64,000 nt of DNA from positions 1,376 to 65,375 of the forward strand of contig CAYQRM010000113.1 of the NCBI GenBank assembly GCA_964419785.1, given 5' to 3'. Source of the DNA: an uncultured Solibacteraceae bacterium. Lineage in GTDB: Bacteria; Acidobacteriota; Vicinamibacteria; Vicinamibacterales; SCN-69-37. Under the pieces are notes generated by a model, which was not told where the DNA came from, did not search any database, and saw nothing but the letters and a program-made list of their open reading frames with translations. This document shows, in pieces, positions 9,851 through 18,454 of the stretch (the stretch's first letter is position 1; every line of letters starts with the position of its first letter). The position numbers and the translations under genes are program-made.

Positions 9851-10396
9851 TCACTTTCTCAATTGCCGCGTCCACTGCTGGAGAGACACGAGGAGATCGG
9901 CGACGAGCCGGCGGCTCGTCTCGTCGGTCAGACGCAGCTCGGCGTCGAACCGCTCGGGCGCCAGGGAGATCATGACTTCCGGGCGGTTCACAGGTTTCAT
10001 GTCCACGAAGACGCAAATCTGCCGCAGATGATACTGCGCCCGCGCCGATCCGAACCGTCCAGTGCTCGCGCCGAGGATCGCGACGGGCTTGCCGGCAAGG
10101 GGCTGATCTGGCGGCCGCGAGGCCCAATCGATCGCGTTCTTGAGGACGCCGCTGACCGAGTAGTTGTATTCGGGCGTCGCGATAAGCAGCGCGTCGGCCT
10201 GGCGAATCTGCTCGCGGAGACGCCGCGCCGCCGCCGGATATCCCTCGAGCCGCACATCATCGTTGTACAGCGGAAGGTCGCCGATCTCCGCGATCGCGAT
10301 CGACATTCCTGACGGTGCGACCTCGATCGCCGCACGCAGCGCGGCGGTATTGAAAGACCCACTGCGCAAGCTGCCCGAGATCCCGAGCACGTTCAT
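9851..10396 (-). CDS. NADPH-dependent FMN reductase (ChrR/YieF-like flavodoxin-fold oxidoreductase)
   Basis: From ORF 9851..10465; ATG at 10396 gives MNVLGISGSLRSGSFN. The family pattern LIATPEYNYSVSGVLKNAIDWASR is present. The start overlaps the upstream gene's stop as ATGA (10393-10396). Confidence 0.85.
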   Translation of the reverse strand: MNVLGISGSLRSGSFNTAALRAAIEVAPSGMSIAIAEIGDLPLYNDDVRLEGYPAAARRLREQIRQADALLIATPEYNYSVSGVLKNAIDWASRPPDQPLAGKPVAILGASTGRFGSARAQYHLRQICVFVDMKPVNRPEVMISLAPERFDAELRLTDETSRRLVADLLVSLQQWTRQLRK

Positions 10397-11487
10397 AAGT
10401 GCTCTTCGATCTTGCCCTTCGGCGTGACTTCCCAGTTGTCCTTGGCGGCGCCGTCGCGAATCCACGGCGGCAGCGGCATCGCCAGTTCCGCGGACAATCC
10501 GGAGACATAGGACTCGTACAACGAGCGGTACCGCATCAACCGACGCGGCGCATCATCGTGCTCGAATTGCAGCCCGGCGTTCTCGAGCGCCTCGACAATC
10601 TGGTCGCAGTGATCCATCCCCAACCGCCGGCTGTCGATTGGCTGGACGTGCAGCACCTGGGTGAGATCGACGGCGGCATGTCTGGCAATCGCAAACGTCA
10701 TCCGCGCCTGCCACTGCGGGATGCCGCGGATGCCGACGAGCACGAGCGCCGACATGTCGAGCACCGAGGTGAGCGACGCCACCCATGACTGCTTGCCGTG
10801 CTGCGACCGGAAGTACGCGACCTGCGGATACGAAATGTGGCCCTCGAGCAGCTCCGAGCACCAGCGCTCCCAGTCCCTCAGGAAGGCCGGCACGGCGTCC
10901 ATCGCCTGCGCCGTCGACAGCCGCCGAAGCAGCTCGAGGGCCGACGGCGGTGAGCCCGCCCACGCGTCGAGCAGCGTGATTTGCACCTCGCGGCGCGAGA
11001 ACGATTGGTACAGCACCGGCAAATAGGAAATGCCGACGGCCAGGAAACCAAATCCCGTGCCCGCTTCGGCCACGACGAGCGCGCGCGTGGCGAGACCGAC
11101 GGGGTGGACGTCACCGAGTCCGAGCGTGAAGAGCGTCGTGCCGCTGACGTACACATCGGTCTTGAACGTCGCGACCGCGTCGGGCCCGACCCAGTGCGAT
11201 CCGAGGCCCGCGCTGATCAGCGCGAAGCCGAAGATCAGCGCGGTCGCCCAAATCACCAGCATGATCAGGACCGACAGCGGTCCGTAGAAGCCCAGATACC
11301 GCTCGTGCTGGCGCTGGCCGAGCAAGCTCGTCACGAAATTTCGCCATCCGCGCCAGAGAACGCGATTGACGAAGTATGGCAAGCGCACCGTGGACGTCAC
11401 GTTGCGCGGCAGGATCATCGTCTCGAACGTGTCCCAGAGCACGAGCGCAACGAGAACGACGCCGAGCACGAGCTGCCACCACACCAC
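10393..11487 (-). CDS. Pore-loop cation channel family protein (Ion_trans_2-like) with large cytoplasmic C-terminal domain
   Basis: From ORF 10393..11859, whose N-terminal third is an Arg-rich extension. The GTG at 11487 lies 8 nt after GGAGG. TM helices flank a pore helix plus filter-like TLFTLGLGDVHP (Leu replaces the canonical Tyr of TxGYGD). Confidence 0.7.
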   Translation of the reverse strand: MVWWQLVLGVVLVALVLWDTFETMILPRNVTSTVRLPYFVNRVLWRGWRNFVTSLLGQRQHERYLGFYGPLSVLIMLVIWATALIFGFALISAGLGSHWVGPDAVATFKTDVYVSGTTLFTLGLGDVHPVGLATRALVVAEAGTGFGFLAVGISYLPVLYQSFSRREVQITLLDAWAGSPPSALELLRRLSTAQAMDAVPAFLRDWERWCSELLEGHISYPQVAYFRSQHGKQSWVASLTSVLDMSALVLVGIRGIPQWQARMTFAIARHAAVDLTQVLHVQPIDSRRLGMDHCDQIVEALENAGLQFEHDDAPRRLMRYRSLYESYVSGLSAELAMPLPPWIRDGAAKDNWEVTPKGKIEEHL

Positions 11488-11535
11488 GCGATGAGCCTCC
11501 GGACGGACGTATGTTATTCTGCCGCAAGTTCCGAC

Positions 11536-11994
11536 ATGACGTCCTTGGGCCGACTGCTCGTCGTGCTGTGTCTCGTTGGTGCGAGCGCGCGCGTCTGGAC
11601 GCAGGCGGCCGATCCGCGGCTCACGGTCGCCGACGTCGAGAAGGTGTCCGGCCTCAGCGGCGTGAAGCTCGTCCCGCCCGATCCCTCCAAGGGCGCCGGC
11701 GGCGATTTGAACTTCGCCGGCCCCGAGGGCAAGTTGCTCTTGATGGTGCGATTCGCGAACGCGACGCTCTACGACTCGGTCAAAAAGGGATCGACGTTCC
11801 ACGCCCTCGTGCCAGGCGTCGGCGACGAAGCGTTCGACGCGCCGCCCGGTCCGTCGCAATACGTGCTCTACGTCAAGAAGGGCGCGAAGGCGATGTCAAT
11901 TACCGCCTACGCGTCGACCACCAAACCGTACGGCCCGCGGCTGACGATGGATCAGCTCAAGACCATCGCGGCCATCATCCTCTCGAGAACATAG
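11536..11994 (+). CDS. Hypothetical secreted protein
   Basis: C-terminal part of ORF 10981..11994, starting at ATG 11536. Signal-peptide-like MTSLGRLLVVLCLVGASARVWTQA. I recognise no domain. Confidence 0.6.
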   Translation: MTSLGRLLVVLCLVGASARVWTQAADPRLTVADVEKVSGLSGVKLVPPDPSKGAGGDLNFAGPEGKLLLMVRFANATLYDSVKKGSTFHALVPGVGDEAFDAPPGPSQYVLYVKKGAKAMSITAYASTTKPYGPRLTMDQLKTIAAIILSRT

Positions 11995-12005
11995 TTCGTC
12001 CGGAG

Positions 12006-12098
12006 TCCTGGGTCCGAGGTCCGGAGTTCCGGCGTCGGCCGACGGGCCCTCGGACTCCACCACGCACTCCGAACGACGCCGGAACCTCGGACCCAGGA
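12006..12098. terminator. Long GC-rich imperfect hairpin between convergent genes (candidate bidirectional terminator)
   Basis: TCCTGGGTCCGAGG (12006-12019) pairs with CCTCGGACCCAGGA (12085-12098). TTCCGGCGTCG (12027-12037) pairs with CGACGCCGGAA (12074-12084). There is a 7-nt bulge, a 36-nt loop and no clear U-tract. Confidence 0.5.
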
Positions 12099-12115
12099 CC
12101 CAGGACGACGGATGT

Positions 12116-15037
12116 TCACCGAGCCCTTGGATCCGGTTTGATGGTGAGCGGCTGCGTGAACGTCTGACCGTTGACGGTCATGCGCACGGTGAAGGTACCG
12201 CTCGGCGGCGCTCCGCCTGCGCGCCCGCGACCGCCGCCGCGTCCGCCACCAGCACCGCCCGCAGCTCCGGCTGCGCCCGGCGCGCCGGCCGCACCCGCCG
12301 CTCGTCCGCCACCGCCGCCTCGACCGCCGCCGCCACCAGGCGCCCACGAGACACGATGCATGCCAGCTGTCACGTTGAACGGCTCGGGCGTCGGCCGCCA
12401 AAGCGCGGACGTGTTCGGAATCCCACCGCCGCCGGCCCCGCCCCGACCGCCACCGCCCGCGCGGCCGCCACCCGCTGCCGCGTTCGTCCCGCTCGAGAAC
12501 GTCGCGACGACGGCATTGCTCGCGTCGAGGACTTCGATCGTCACCGGGCCGGTGGGCGTCGTCTTCAGGTAGTAGTCGATGTACGCACCGTTCGCGCGGT
12601 TCGGCGTCTGCGGCTCGTCCTTCTGCAGCGGCGTGCCGTTGTCACCGCCTTGAATCGCGTTGATGGCGTCAGCCGGTTTGAAGAGAAACGCCGACGCGCT
12701 CGCGACGGTGTCGTTGATTTGGCGCAGCGCCCCGATCTCGTCGATTACCCAGAAGCCGCGGCCATGCGTGGCGACGATCAGATCGTCGCCGTAGATCTCG
12801 AAGTCACGCACGGACGTTGTCGGCAGGTTGAGCTGCAGAGACTGCCACGTGTCGCCATCGTCGAACGACATCCATGCGGCGCGCTCGGTGCCGGCGAAGA
12901 GCAGACCGCGACGAGCCGGGTCTTCCTTGATCGCGTGAACGTAGACGCCCGCCGGGAGGCCGCGCGTGATTTCCTGCCACGTCTTGCCCTGATCGCGCGT
13001 GCGATAGATGTGTGGATTGAAATCGTTGAGCTGATGCCGATCGACCGAGGCGTACGCTTCGTTCGCGTCGAAATGCGACGCTTCGATCGTCGTCACGCGG
13101 CTCCACGAGGTGACGGCGGGCGGCGTCACGTTCGACCATGTCTTGCCGTCATCGGTCGTCACCTGAATGAGGCCATCGTCGGTGCCGATCCACACCATCG
13201 GCGCTTGCAGCGGCGACGGCGAGACGGTGTAGATGACGCCGCGCTTGCCGTTGCGATCGGTGTCGTTGGCGGCGGTCTCGTCGAGATTCGCAGGCACGCC
13301 GGGATCCGGCCGCGTCAGGTCCTCGCTGATCGCCGTCCACGTCTGCGCTCCGTCGGTGGACTTGTACAGAATCTGGCTCGCGTAATAGAGCGCGTGGCCC
13401 GGTGCTTTGGAGAGCACGAGCGGTTGCGTCCAGTCCTGACGACCGGTTGGCGCGCCCGAGCCGCCTGCCGACGTGTTGAGCTCGAGATCGAAGCGCGAGC
13501 CGGTGCCGCCGAAGATGATGCCCGGGTGATCCGGATCGCCAGCGGTCATGCCGCTCTCGCCGCCCGCGCCGATCGGTTCCCACTCACGCTGCGAGATCGC
13601 CGCGAACTTCGAGCGCGATCGGACCGCCACGGCGCCGCTGTCCTGCTGCGCGCCCGTGACCCAGTACGGAAACCGGTAGTCGACCGAGAGATGGTAGATC
13701 TGCGCGATCGGCTGGTTGAGCCATGAGCTCCACGTGACGTCGCGTGGATCTTCGGTCGTCGCGTTGCGACTGATGATCGTGCCCTGATCGCTTGCAACGA
13801 TCACCGTGTTCGGATCGTCTGGCGAGACCCACGCCTGGTGGTAATCGTCGCCGCCGGGCGATCCACGAAGCGGCACCCACGTCTTGCCGCCATCCTTCGT
13901 GCGCGACACTGACACGTTCGGGACGTACACGATGTCAGCGTTCCTGGGATCGACGGCGACGTGCTCGAAGTACCAACCGCGTCCCCAGAGCGCGTTGTCG
14001 CCGGACATCTTCGTCCACGTCGCGCCGGCGTCATCCGATCGGTAGAACCCGCCCTGAGGTGGAGCTGGAGGCGCAGCGGGTGCGACACCGCCGGCCGGAG
14101 CGCCCGCACCTGCCCCGCCGCCACGACCAGGCGGCACGCCCGGGCACGGCGTGTTCGGCGCCGCGCCCTCTGGCAGAAAATCATCGACCACCGCGTAGAC
14201 GCGCCGCGGGTTCGTCGGCGAAACCGCGATGCCCGTCTTGCCGATGCACGCGCTCGGCAATCCTGTCGTCAGCTGATTCCACGTCGCGCCGCCGTCGGTC
14301 GACTTGAAGATGCCGCCGCCCGGTCCGTTCGTCGGCTGATACGTGTACCAGGTGGGCCGCCGCGTGTTCCACAGGCCCGCATAGACGACGTTCGAGTTGG
14401 TCGGATCGATCACGACGTCGACGGCGCCGACGTTGTCGTTCTTGAACAGCACCTTCTTCCACGTCTTGCCGCCGTCGATCGACTTGTAGACGCCGCGTTC
14501 CGGGTGCGCTTCGTACAGATGACCGATCGCCGCGACGAACACGGTGTTCGCGTTCTTCGGATCGACGGCGATCTTGCCGATGTGCTGCGTGTCCTCGAGG
14601 CCGATGTGCGTCCACGTCTTGCCGGCGTCGGTCGACTTGTACATGCCATCGCCGTAGCCGGTCGAGTCGCGCAGCGTCGACTCGCCGCTGCCGACATACA
14701 CGGTGTCCGGGCTCGACGCGGCCACAGCGATCGCGCCGATCGACGCGATGTGCTGCGAATCGAAGACCGGCGTCCACACGCGGCCGGCGTCGACCGACTT
14801 CCACACGCCGCCGTTTACGGCGCCGAAGTAGAACTCGTTCGGCCTGCCAGGGACGCCCGTCACCGCGTCAGTGCGGCCGCCGCGGAACGGACCGAGCATG
14901 CGCCACCGCAGGCCCGAATAGAGCGCAGGGTCGTACTTGGGCTGCTGGGCCAGGAGACGAGGCACGCCGAACGCCGCGATCACCGCAGCGAGGGCACCGA
15001 CCAGCACGAATCGTGAATGTCGTTGAACGCGACGCAT
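12116..15037 (-). CDS. Secreted BNR/Asp-box beta-propeller protein (sortilin/VPS10-like), paralogue 2
   Basis: 973-aa ORF. The ATG at 15037 is preceded by AAGGAG. A signal peptide is present. Asp-boxes include YKSTDAGKTW, YKSIDGGKTW, FKSTDGGATW, YRSDDAGATW and YKSTDGAQTW. Confidence 0.85.
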   Translation of the reverse strand: MRRVQRHSRFVLVGALAAVIAAFGVPRLLAQQPKYDPALYSGLRWRMLGPFRGGRTDAVTGVPGRPNEFYFGAVNGGVWKSVDAGRVWTPVFDSQHIASIGAIAVAASSPDTVYVGSGESTLRDSTGYGDGMYKSTDAGKTWTHIGLEDTQHIGKIAVDPKNANTVFVAAIGHLYEAHPERGVYKSIDGGKTWKKVLFKNDNVGAVDVVIDPTNSNVVYAGLWNTRRPTWYTYQPTNGPGGGIFKSTDGGATWNQLTTGLPSACIGKTGIAVSPTNPRRVYAVVDDFLPEGAAPNTPCPGVPPGRGGGAGAGAPAGGVAPAAPPAPPQGGFYRSDDAGATWTKMSGDNALWGRGWYFEHVAVDPRNADIVYVPNVSVSRTKDGGKTWVPLRGSPGGDDYHQAWVSPDDPNTVIVASDQGTIISRNATTEDPRDVTWSSWLNQPIAQIYHLSVDYRFPYWVTGAQQDSGAVAVRSRSKFAAISQREWEPIGAGGESGMTAGDPDHPGIIFGGTGSRFDLELNTSAGGSGAPTGRQDWTQPLVLSKAPGHALYYASQILYKSTDGAQTWTAISEDLTRPDPGVPANLDETAANDTDRNGKRGVIYTVSPSPLQAPMVWIGTDDGLIQVTTDDGKTWSNVTPPAVTSWSRVTTIEASHFDANEAYASVDRHQLNDFNPHIYRTRDQGKTWQEITRGLPAGVYVHAIKEDPARRGLLFAGTERAAWMSFDDGDTWQSLQLNLPTTSVRDFEIYGDDLIVATHGRGFWVIDEIGALRQINDTVASASAFLFKPADAINAIQGGDNGTPLQKDEPQTPNRANGAYIDYYLKTTPTGPVTIEVLDASNAVVATFSSGTNAAAGGGRAGGGGRGGAGGGGIPNTSALWRPTPEPFNVTAGMHRVSWAPGGGGGRGGGGGRAAGAAGAPGAAGAAGGAGGGRGGGRGRAGGAPPSGTFTVRMTVNGQTFTQPLTIKPDPRAR

Positions 15038-15046
15038 CTGAGGGCT

Positions 15047-15074
15047 CCTTCGAGCTACGACTGCGGCTCGAAGG
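15047..15074 (-). promoter_or_regulatory. 9-bp perfect stem-loop whose 3' arm contains part of the SD of the BNR paralogue-2 gene
   Basis: The minus-strand RNA reads CCUUCGAGC-cgcagucgua-GCUCGAAGG-AGcccucagAUG. The arms are at 15047-15055 and 15066-15074. Confidence 0.4.
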
Positions 15075-15097
15075 ATACACCGAACGCCCGGATGAGC

Positions 15098-15646
15098 TCA
15101 GAAAGCCTTCTTGACGACGAACGGAACGGAGTACTCGCGATCGTCCCAAACGAGCTTCAAGGTACCGCCACCGCCCTCGCGCGGCTCGACGATGAATGTG
15201 AGCTGCTCGACGGGCTCCGTGAGCTTCTTGAGCGTCATGTTGACGCGTCCGAGATCGCGGCCGGAGGGATACCGGGTGTGGAAGAGGCCGGTCTGGTTCA
15301 CGATGATGAGCTTGAATTCGTCCGGACCGGGCTGCGTGTACACCGAGTACGCGCCCGCGGGCATCGTCAACGTGTCGGCGAACGTCAGCGCAGCGTCAGT
15401 CGCGATCGTCGTCGACTCGTCGGCGCCGGGCATCCACCAGTGATTCCAGGGCACGAGCGAGCCCCAGATCACGCGGCCGCGTTTGTAAGGGCGGCCGTAC
15501 TCCATCGAGATGGCCGCGCCGTCGATCTTCGCGTCCACGGTGCCGCGCGGGCTGACGCGCGGTCGCTGCGCGCGCAGCATGCGAGGGCTGATCGCGATGA
15601 CGGCGACCAACACCATCACAAGCCCCGCGGCGAGTGGGCGCTTCAC
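15098..15646 (-). CDS. DUF2911-family secreted protein
   Basis: 182-aa ORF with a GTG start and a signal peptide. The family-like pattern is YGRPYKRGRVIWGSLVPWNHWWMPGADESTTI..MPAGAYSVYTQPGPDEFKLIIVNQ. Confidence 0.7.
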   Translation of the reverse strand: MKRPLAAGLVMVLVAVIAISPRMLRAQRPRVSPRGTVDAKIDGAAISMEYGRPYKRGRVIWGSLVPWNHWWMPGADESTTIATDAALTFADTLTMPAGAYSVYTQPGPDEFKLIIVNQTGLFHTRYPSGRDLGRVNMTLKKLTEPVEQLTFIVEPREGGGGTLKLVWDDREYSVPFVVKKAF

Positions 15647-15672
15647 GGTACGTCGAGTCTACACGACTCAGG

Positions 15673-16146
15673 TCAGACCGCGATTTCCGCCGCGGCCCAT
15701 CCGGCGGGGTCTTTGTCGGACTGAAACCAGTGATCGAAATCGAGCATGACGCCATCCCCGTCGCGTCGAATGGCGAAGCGATCGAGATTGCGCGTCGAGC
15801 GCCCGGAGATGTGCACGCCGTCCTGCTGGTAGCGCGAGTCGTGCTTGGTGCACTGGAAGCGATGATCCTTCTCGACCCATCGCACGGCCGCGTGCTCGTG
15901 CGGACAGCCGAGCGACATGCCCATCACCTTGCCCTGCAAGCGCACGAGGATAATCTGCTCCGTGTGATCGATGTTGACCGAATCGGCCGCGGGGATCGTG
16001 TAGCGCTTCTCGGCGCCTGCGGCCTCGCCCGCGATCTCGACGACCGGCAGCGCGCGCAGATCGAGCGATCCGATCGCGCACGCCGCGGCGATCGCGCAGC
16101 CGCCCACGCGAAGAAATTCCCGTCGTGTTCTGACGTCATCCGACAT
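15673..16146 (-). CDS. Tat-exported Rieske [2Fe-2S] protein
   Basis: C-terminal 157 aa of ORF 15673..16545, starting at ATG 16146. Tat motif TRREFLRVGG is present. The Rieske ligands are CPH-x15-CTKH (LGCPHEHAAVRWVEKDHRFQCTKHDSRY). Confidence 0.85.
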   Translation of the reverse strand: MSDDVRTRREFLRVGGCAIAAACAIGSLDLRALPVVEIAGEAAGAEKRYTIPAADSVNIDHTEQIILVRLQGKVMGMSLGCPHEHAAVRWVEKDHRFQCTKHDSRYQQDGVHISGRSTRNLDRFAIRRDGDGVMLDFDHWFQSDKDPAGWAAAEIAV

Positions 16147-16621
16147 TGGGTAGAGCCGTCCCTGCGAGCGTGGTGAGAAACCAGAGCGTGAGGCTGACGA
16201 TGGCGCCTCGACGCAGGCGCGTCCAGGCCTGCAAGTCACCGCGCACGGCCGCCGCCTCCGCGCGCGTGAGGCCGAGGCCATTCGCGAGAAGCAGCGCGAC
16301 GAGCACCATCTTCGTCCAGAAGACCTTCGACACGAGATACGTGTCCCAGTCGGCGGCGAACAATAACAGGCCGCTGACCACCGCGATCGCGAGGCCGATG
16401 AGCACGATGCGATGCGCGAGCCGCTGATGCTCGACCCGCTGCCGCCGCACCTGTTCGTCTTGACGCAGCGCCGAGAGCATCGCGCGATCCTCGACGATCG
16501 CCGCGCCGCCGCCGAGCAGGAGTCCGGCGACGTGCGCGAAGGCAATCGACGTTCGCAGCACCGGCGAATCCGAGTACCACGCGGTCCACGTCGACGCCAG
16601 ATGCGCCAATGATGCGATCAT
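16136..16621 (-). CDS. Hypothetical 4-TM membrane protein
   Basis: 161-aa ORF with ATG start and four hydrophobic segments. It overlaps the Rieske start by 11 nt and begins 1 nt after the upstream stop. Confidence 0.6.
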   Translation of the reverse strand: MIASLAHLASTWTAWYSDSPVLRTSIAFAHVAGLLLGGGAAIVEDRAMLSALRQDEQVRRQRVEHQRLAHRIVLIGLAIAVVSGLLLFAADWDTYLVSKVFWTKMVLVALLLANGLGLTRAEAAAVRGDLQAWTRLRRGAIVSLTLWFLTTLAGTALPNVG

Positions 16622-16622
16622 C

Positions 16623-17288
16623 TCAGTGCGGCCAGACGAACATCATCCCGTAGCCGATGCTCGCCAACGTGACCGAGGTGAAGGCCAGCGTGCGATGCAC
16701 GCCGCGCTGATTCGCATACGCGCTCGGATCGCGCATGTGATGCCCCGGCCCGGTGACCGCCGTCGCGAAGAACGCGCCGTCGGCCGCGAGCATGAGGATG
16801 CTGTGCGTCAACCTGCGCGCGCGGCCGTTCGGATCCTTACTCGACTCGCTGAGGTTCCAGATGCCGGTCACACTGTTCACACCAAACAGCACCCCGATGC
16901 CCGTGGCGATCCACAAATGCGCCGTGCGCTTGCCCGACGTCGGATCGTTGTAGAGCTTCTCGCCCACCACGCCCTCCGCCACGAACAGCGGAATCGTCGC
17001 GAGGCTCGCGATCTTGTGAATCTTGAGGCGGGTCTGGTAGCCCTCGCTGTACTCGAAGACGACAGGCCGCGTGGACGGCTGACCGGCCTGTGCCGCCGCC
17101 TGCCCGACCAGATCCGGCGGCGTCCGCTCGTCGACGATGAACGTCAACGACGCCATCTTTGGGGTGCCGGGGGTGGCTATGGCGTCATTCGTGGGCGCGA
17201 AGGTCAGGCCCGTGGCCGCTGCCGCGGGTGCCGCAAACGCCAAACTCACACAGAAAACCGCTCCGGCGGAGCTGCGGGACCAACTCAT
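16623..17288 (-). CDS. Hypothetical membrane protein: signal peptide, periplasmic segment, then 4 TM helices each with a juxtamembrane His
   Basis: From ORF 16623..17444. The likely start is ATG 17288 (MSWSRSSAGAVFCVSLAFAAPAAAA); alternatives are 17366 and 17444. The histidines lie in KIHKIASL, TAHLWIATG, LTHSILML and VHRTLAF. Confidence 0.55.
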   Translation of the reverse strand: MSWSRSSAGAVFCVSLAFAAPAAAATGLTFAPTNDAIATPGTPKMASLTFIVDERTPPDLVGQAAAQAGQPSTRPVVFEYSEGYQTRLKIHKIASLATIPLFVAEGVVGEKLYNDPTSGKRTAHLWIATGIGVLFGVNSVTGIWNLSESSKDPNGRARRLTHSILMLAADGAFFATAVTGPGHHMRDPSAYANQRGVHRTLAFTSVTLASIGYGMMFVWPH

Positions 17289-17447
17289 GCCGTGTGGTAG
17301 TACGCAAAGCGCGTTCCAGAATGCACGTTCGATCAGGTATGCGATCGGGCCTCGGACGACGCTCATGGTGGACGCCAATAGATGTCGATGTGTCACCGCA
17401 GGAATGCAGGTCGTCCCAGCGCGCCGGCGCTTTGTTTCAGGCAATCT

Positions 17448-18401
17448 TCAGACTCGAGGAAGTGAATCGAGATTGGCGTCGAACACCTTCACCGCATCGA
17501 CCATCGTCTCGACCGCGCGGATGTAGAAGTCGAACGTGATCGTCTCGTAGTCGTCGGTCGCCTTGTGATGCTGATCGAAGTCCTCGACGCCGAAGTAGAG
17601 TGCGGGAATTTTCGCAGTGATGAACGCGTAATGGTCGGAATCTTTCGTCCAGTCCTCGACGTTCTTCTGCGTGGGGTCGTCGTGGCCAATGAGGACCTTG
17701 ACCGGCGCCTCGCCGGCCAGCTTCTCGATGAGCGGCTTCAAGAACGGCTGCAGGTAGGTTCCCACGACGAAAAGCTTGTCGTTCGGATCGCGTCCAATCA
17801 TGTCCATGTTCAAGTCGATCGCCATCGCGTGCGCGTCGACGGGCGGCTGCTTGACGAAGGCCTCCGAGCCGCGCAGGCCAGACTCCTCCCCGTCGAACGC
17901 GACGAACAGGAGCGAGTGTGCGGGACGGTGCGCGCTGAAATGCTTGGCCACGGCGAAAAGTGCGGCGGTGCCCGACGCGTTGTCATCCGCGCCGTTGAAC
18001 ACGACGCCGTTGCGTGTGCCGATGTGGTCGTAGTGCGCTGACACGACAATGAAGCGCTGCGTGTTGGTGCCGTCGATGTGTCCCACCACGTTGATGCCGT
18101 GACGCTCGGTCTGCGTGCCGCCGCGGCCGGAGGTAAACGCGAACGGCTCGGTGTAGGATTCGCCGAACGGCTGGATCCCCGACGCCTTGAAGCGATCGAT
18201 CACGAACGCGCGGGCTTTGGCCCCGCCAGGCGTATCGACCTGGCGACCTTGCATGTCATCGGAGGACAGCACCTTGAGGTCGCTGAGCAGCTGCGCGCTG
18301 TCGATGAGCGTGCTCGGACGCGCCGTCTGTCGCGGCGCGACGGCGAGCGCGGCGACCCCGGCGACAAACAGGACAGCGCATGAGACCAAGGACCTGTTCA
18401 C
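17448..18401 (-). CDS. M28-family metallo-aminopeptidase, secreted
   Basis: From ORF 17448..18434. The GTG at 18401 lies 5 nt after GGAGG. Motifs: NVVGHIDG, VVSAHYDH, GADDNASGTAALFAVAKHF, FVAFDGEESGLRGSEAF. Confidence 0.85.
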   Translation of the reverse strand: MNRSLVSCAVLFVAGVAALAVAPRQTARPSTLIDSAQLLSDLKVLSSDDMQGRQVDTPGGAKARAFVIDRFKASGIQPFGESYTEPFAFTSGRGGTQTERHGINVVGHIDGTNTQRFIVVSAHYDHIGTRNGVVFNGADDNASGTAALFAVAKHFSAHRPAHSLLFVAFDGEESGLRGSEAFVKQPPVDAHAMAIDLNMDMIGRDPNDKLFVVGTYLQPFLKPLIEKLAGEAPVKVLIGHDDPTQKNVEDWTKDSDHYAFITAKIPALYFGVEDFDQHHKATDDYETITFDFYIRAVETMVDAVKVFDANLDSLPRV

Positions 18402-18454
18402 GAGAGCCTCCGCGGCAGAATACCATCTGTTCACGGTGACCGCCGCGACGCCGG

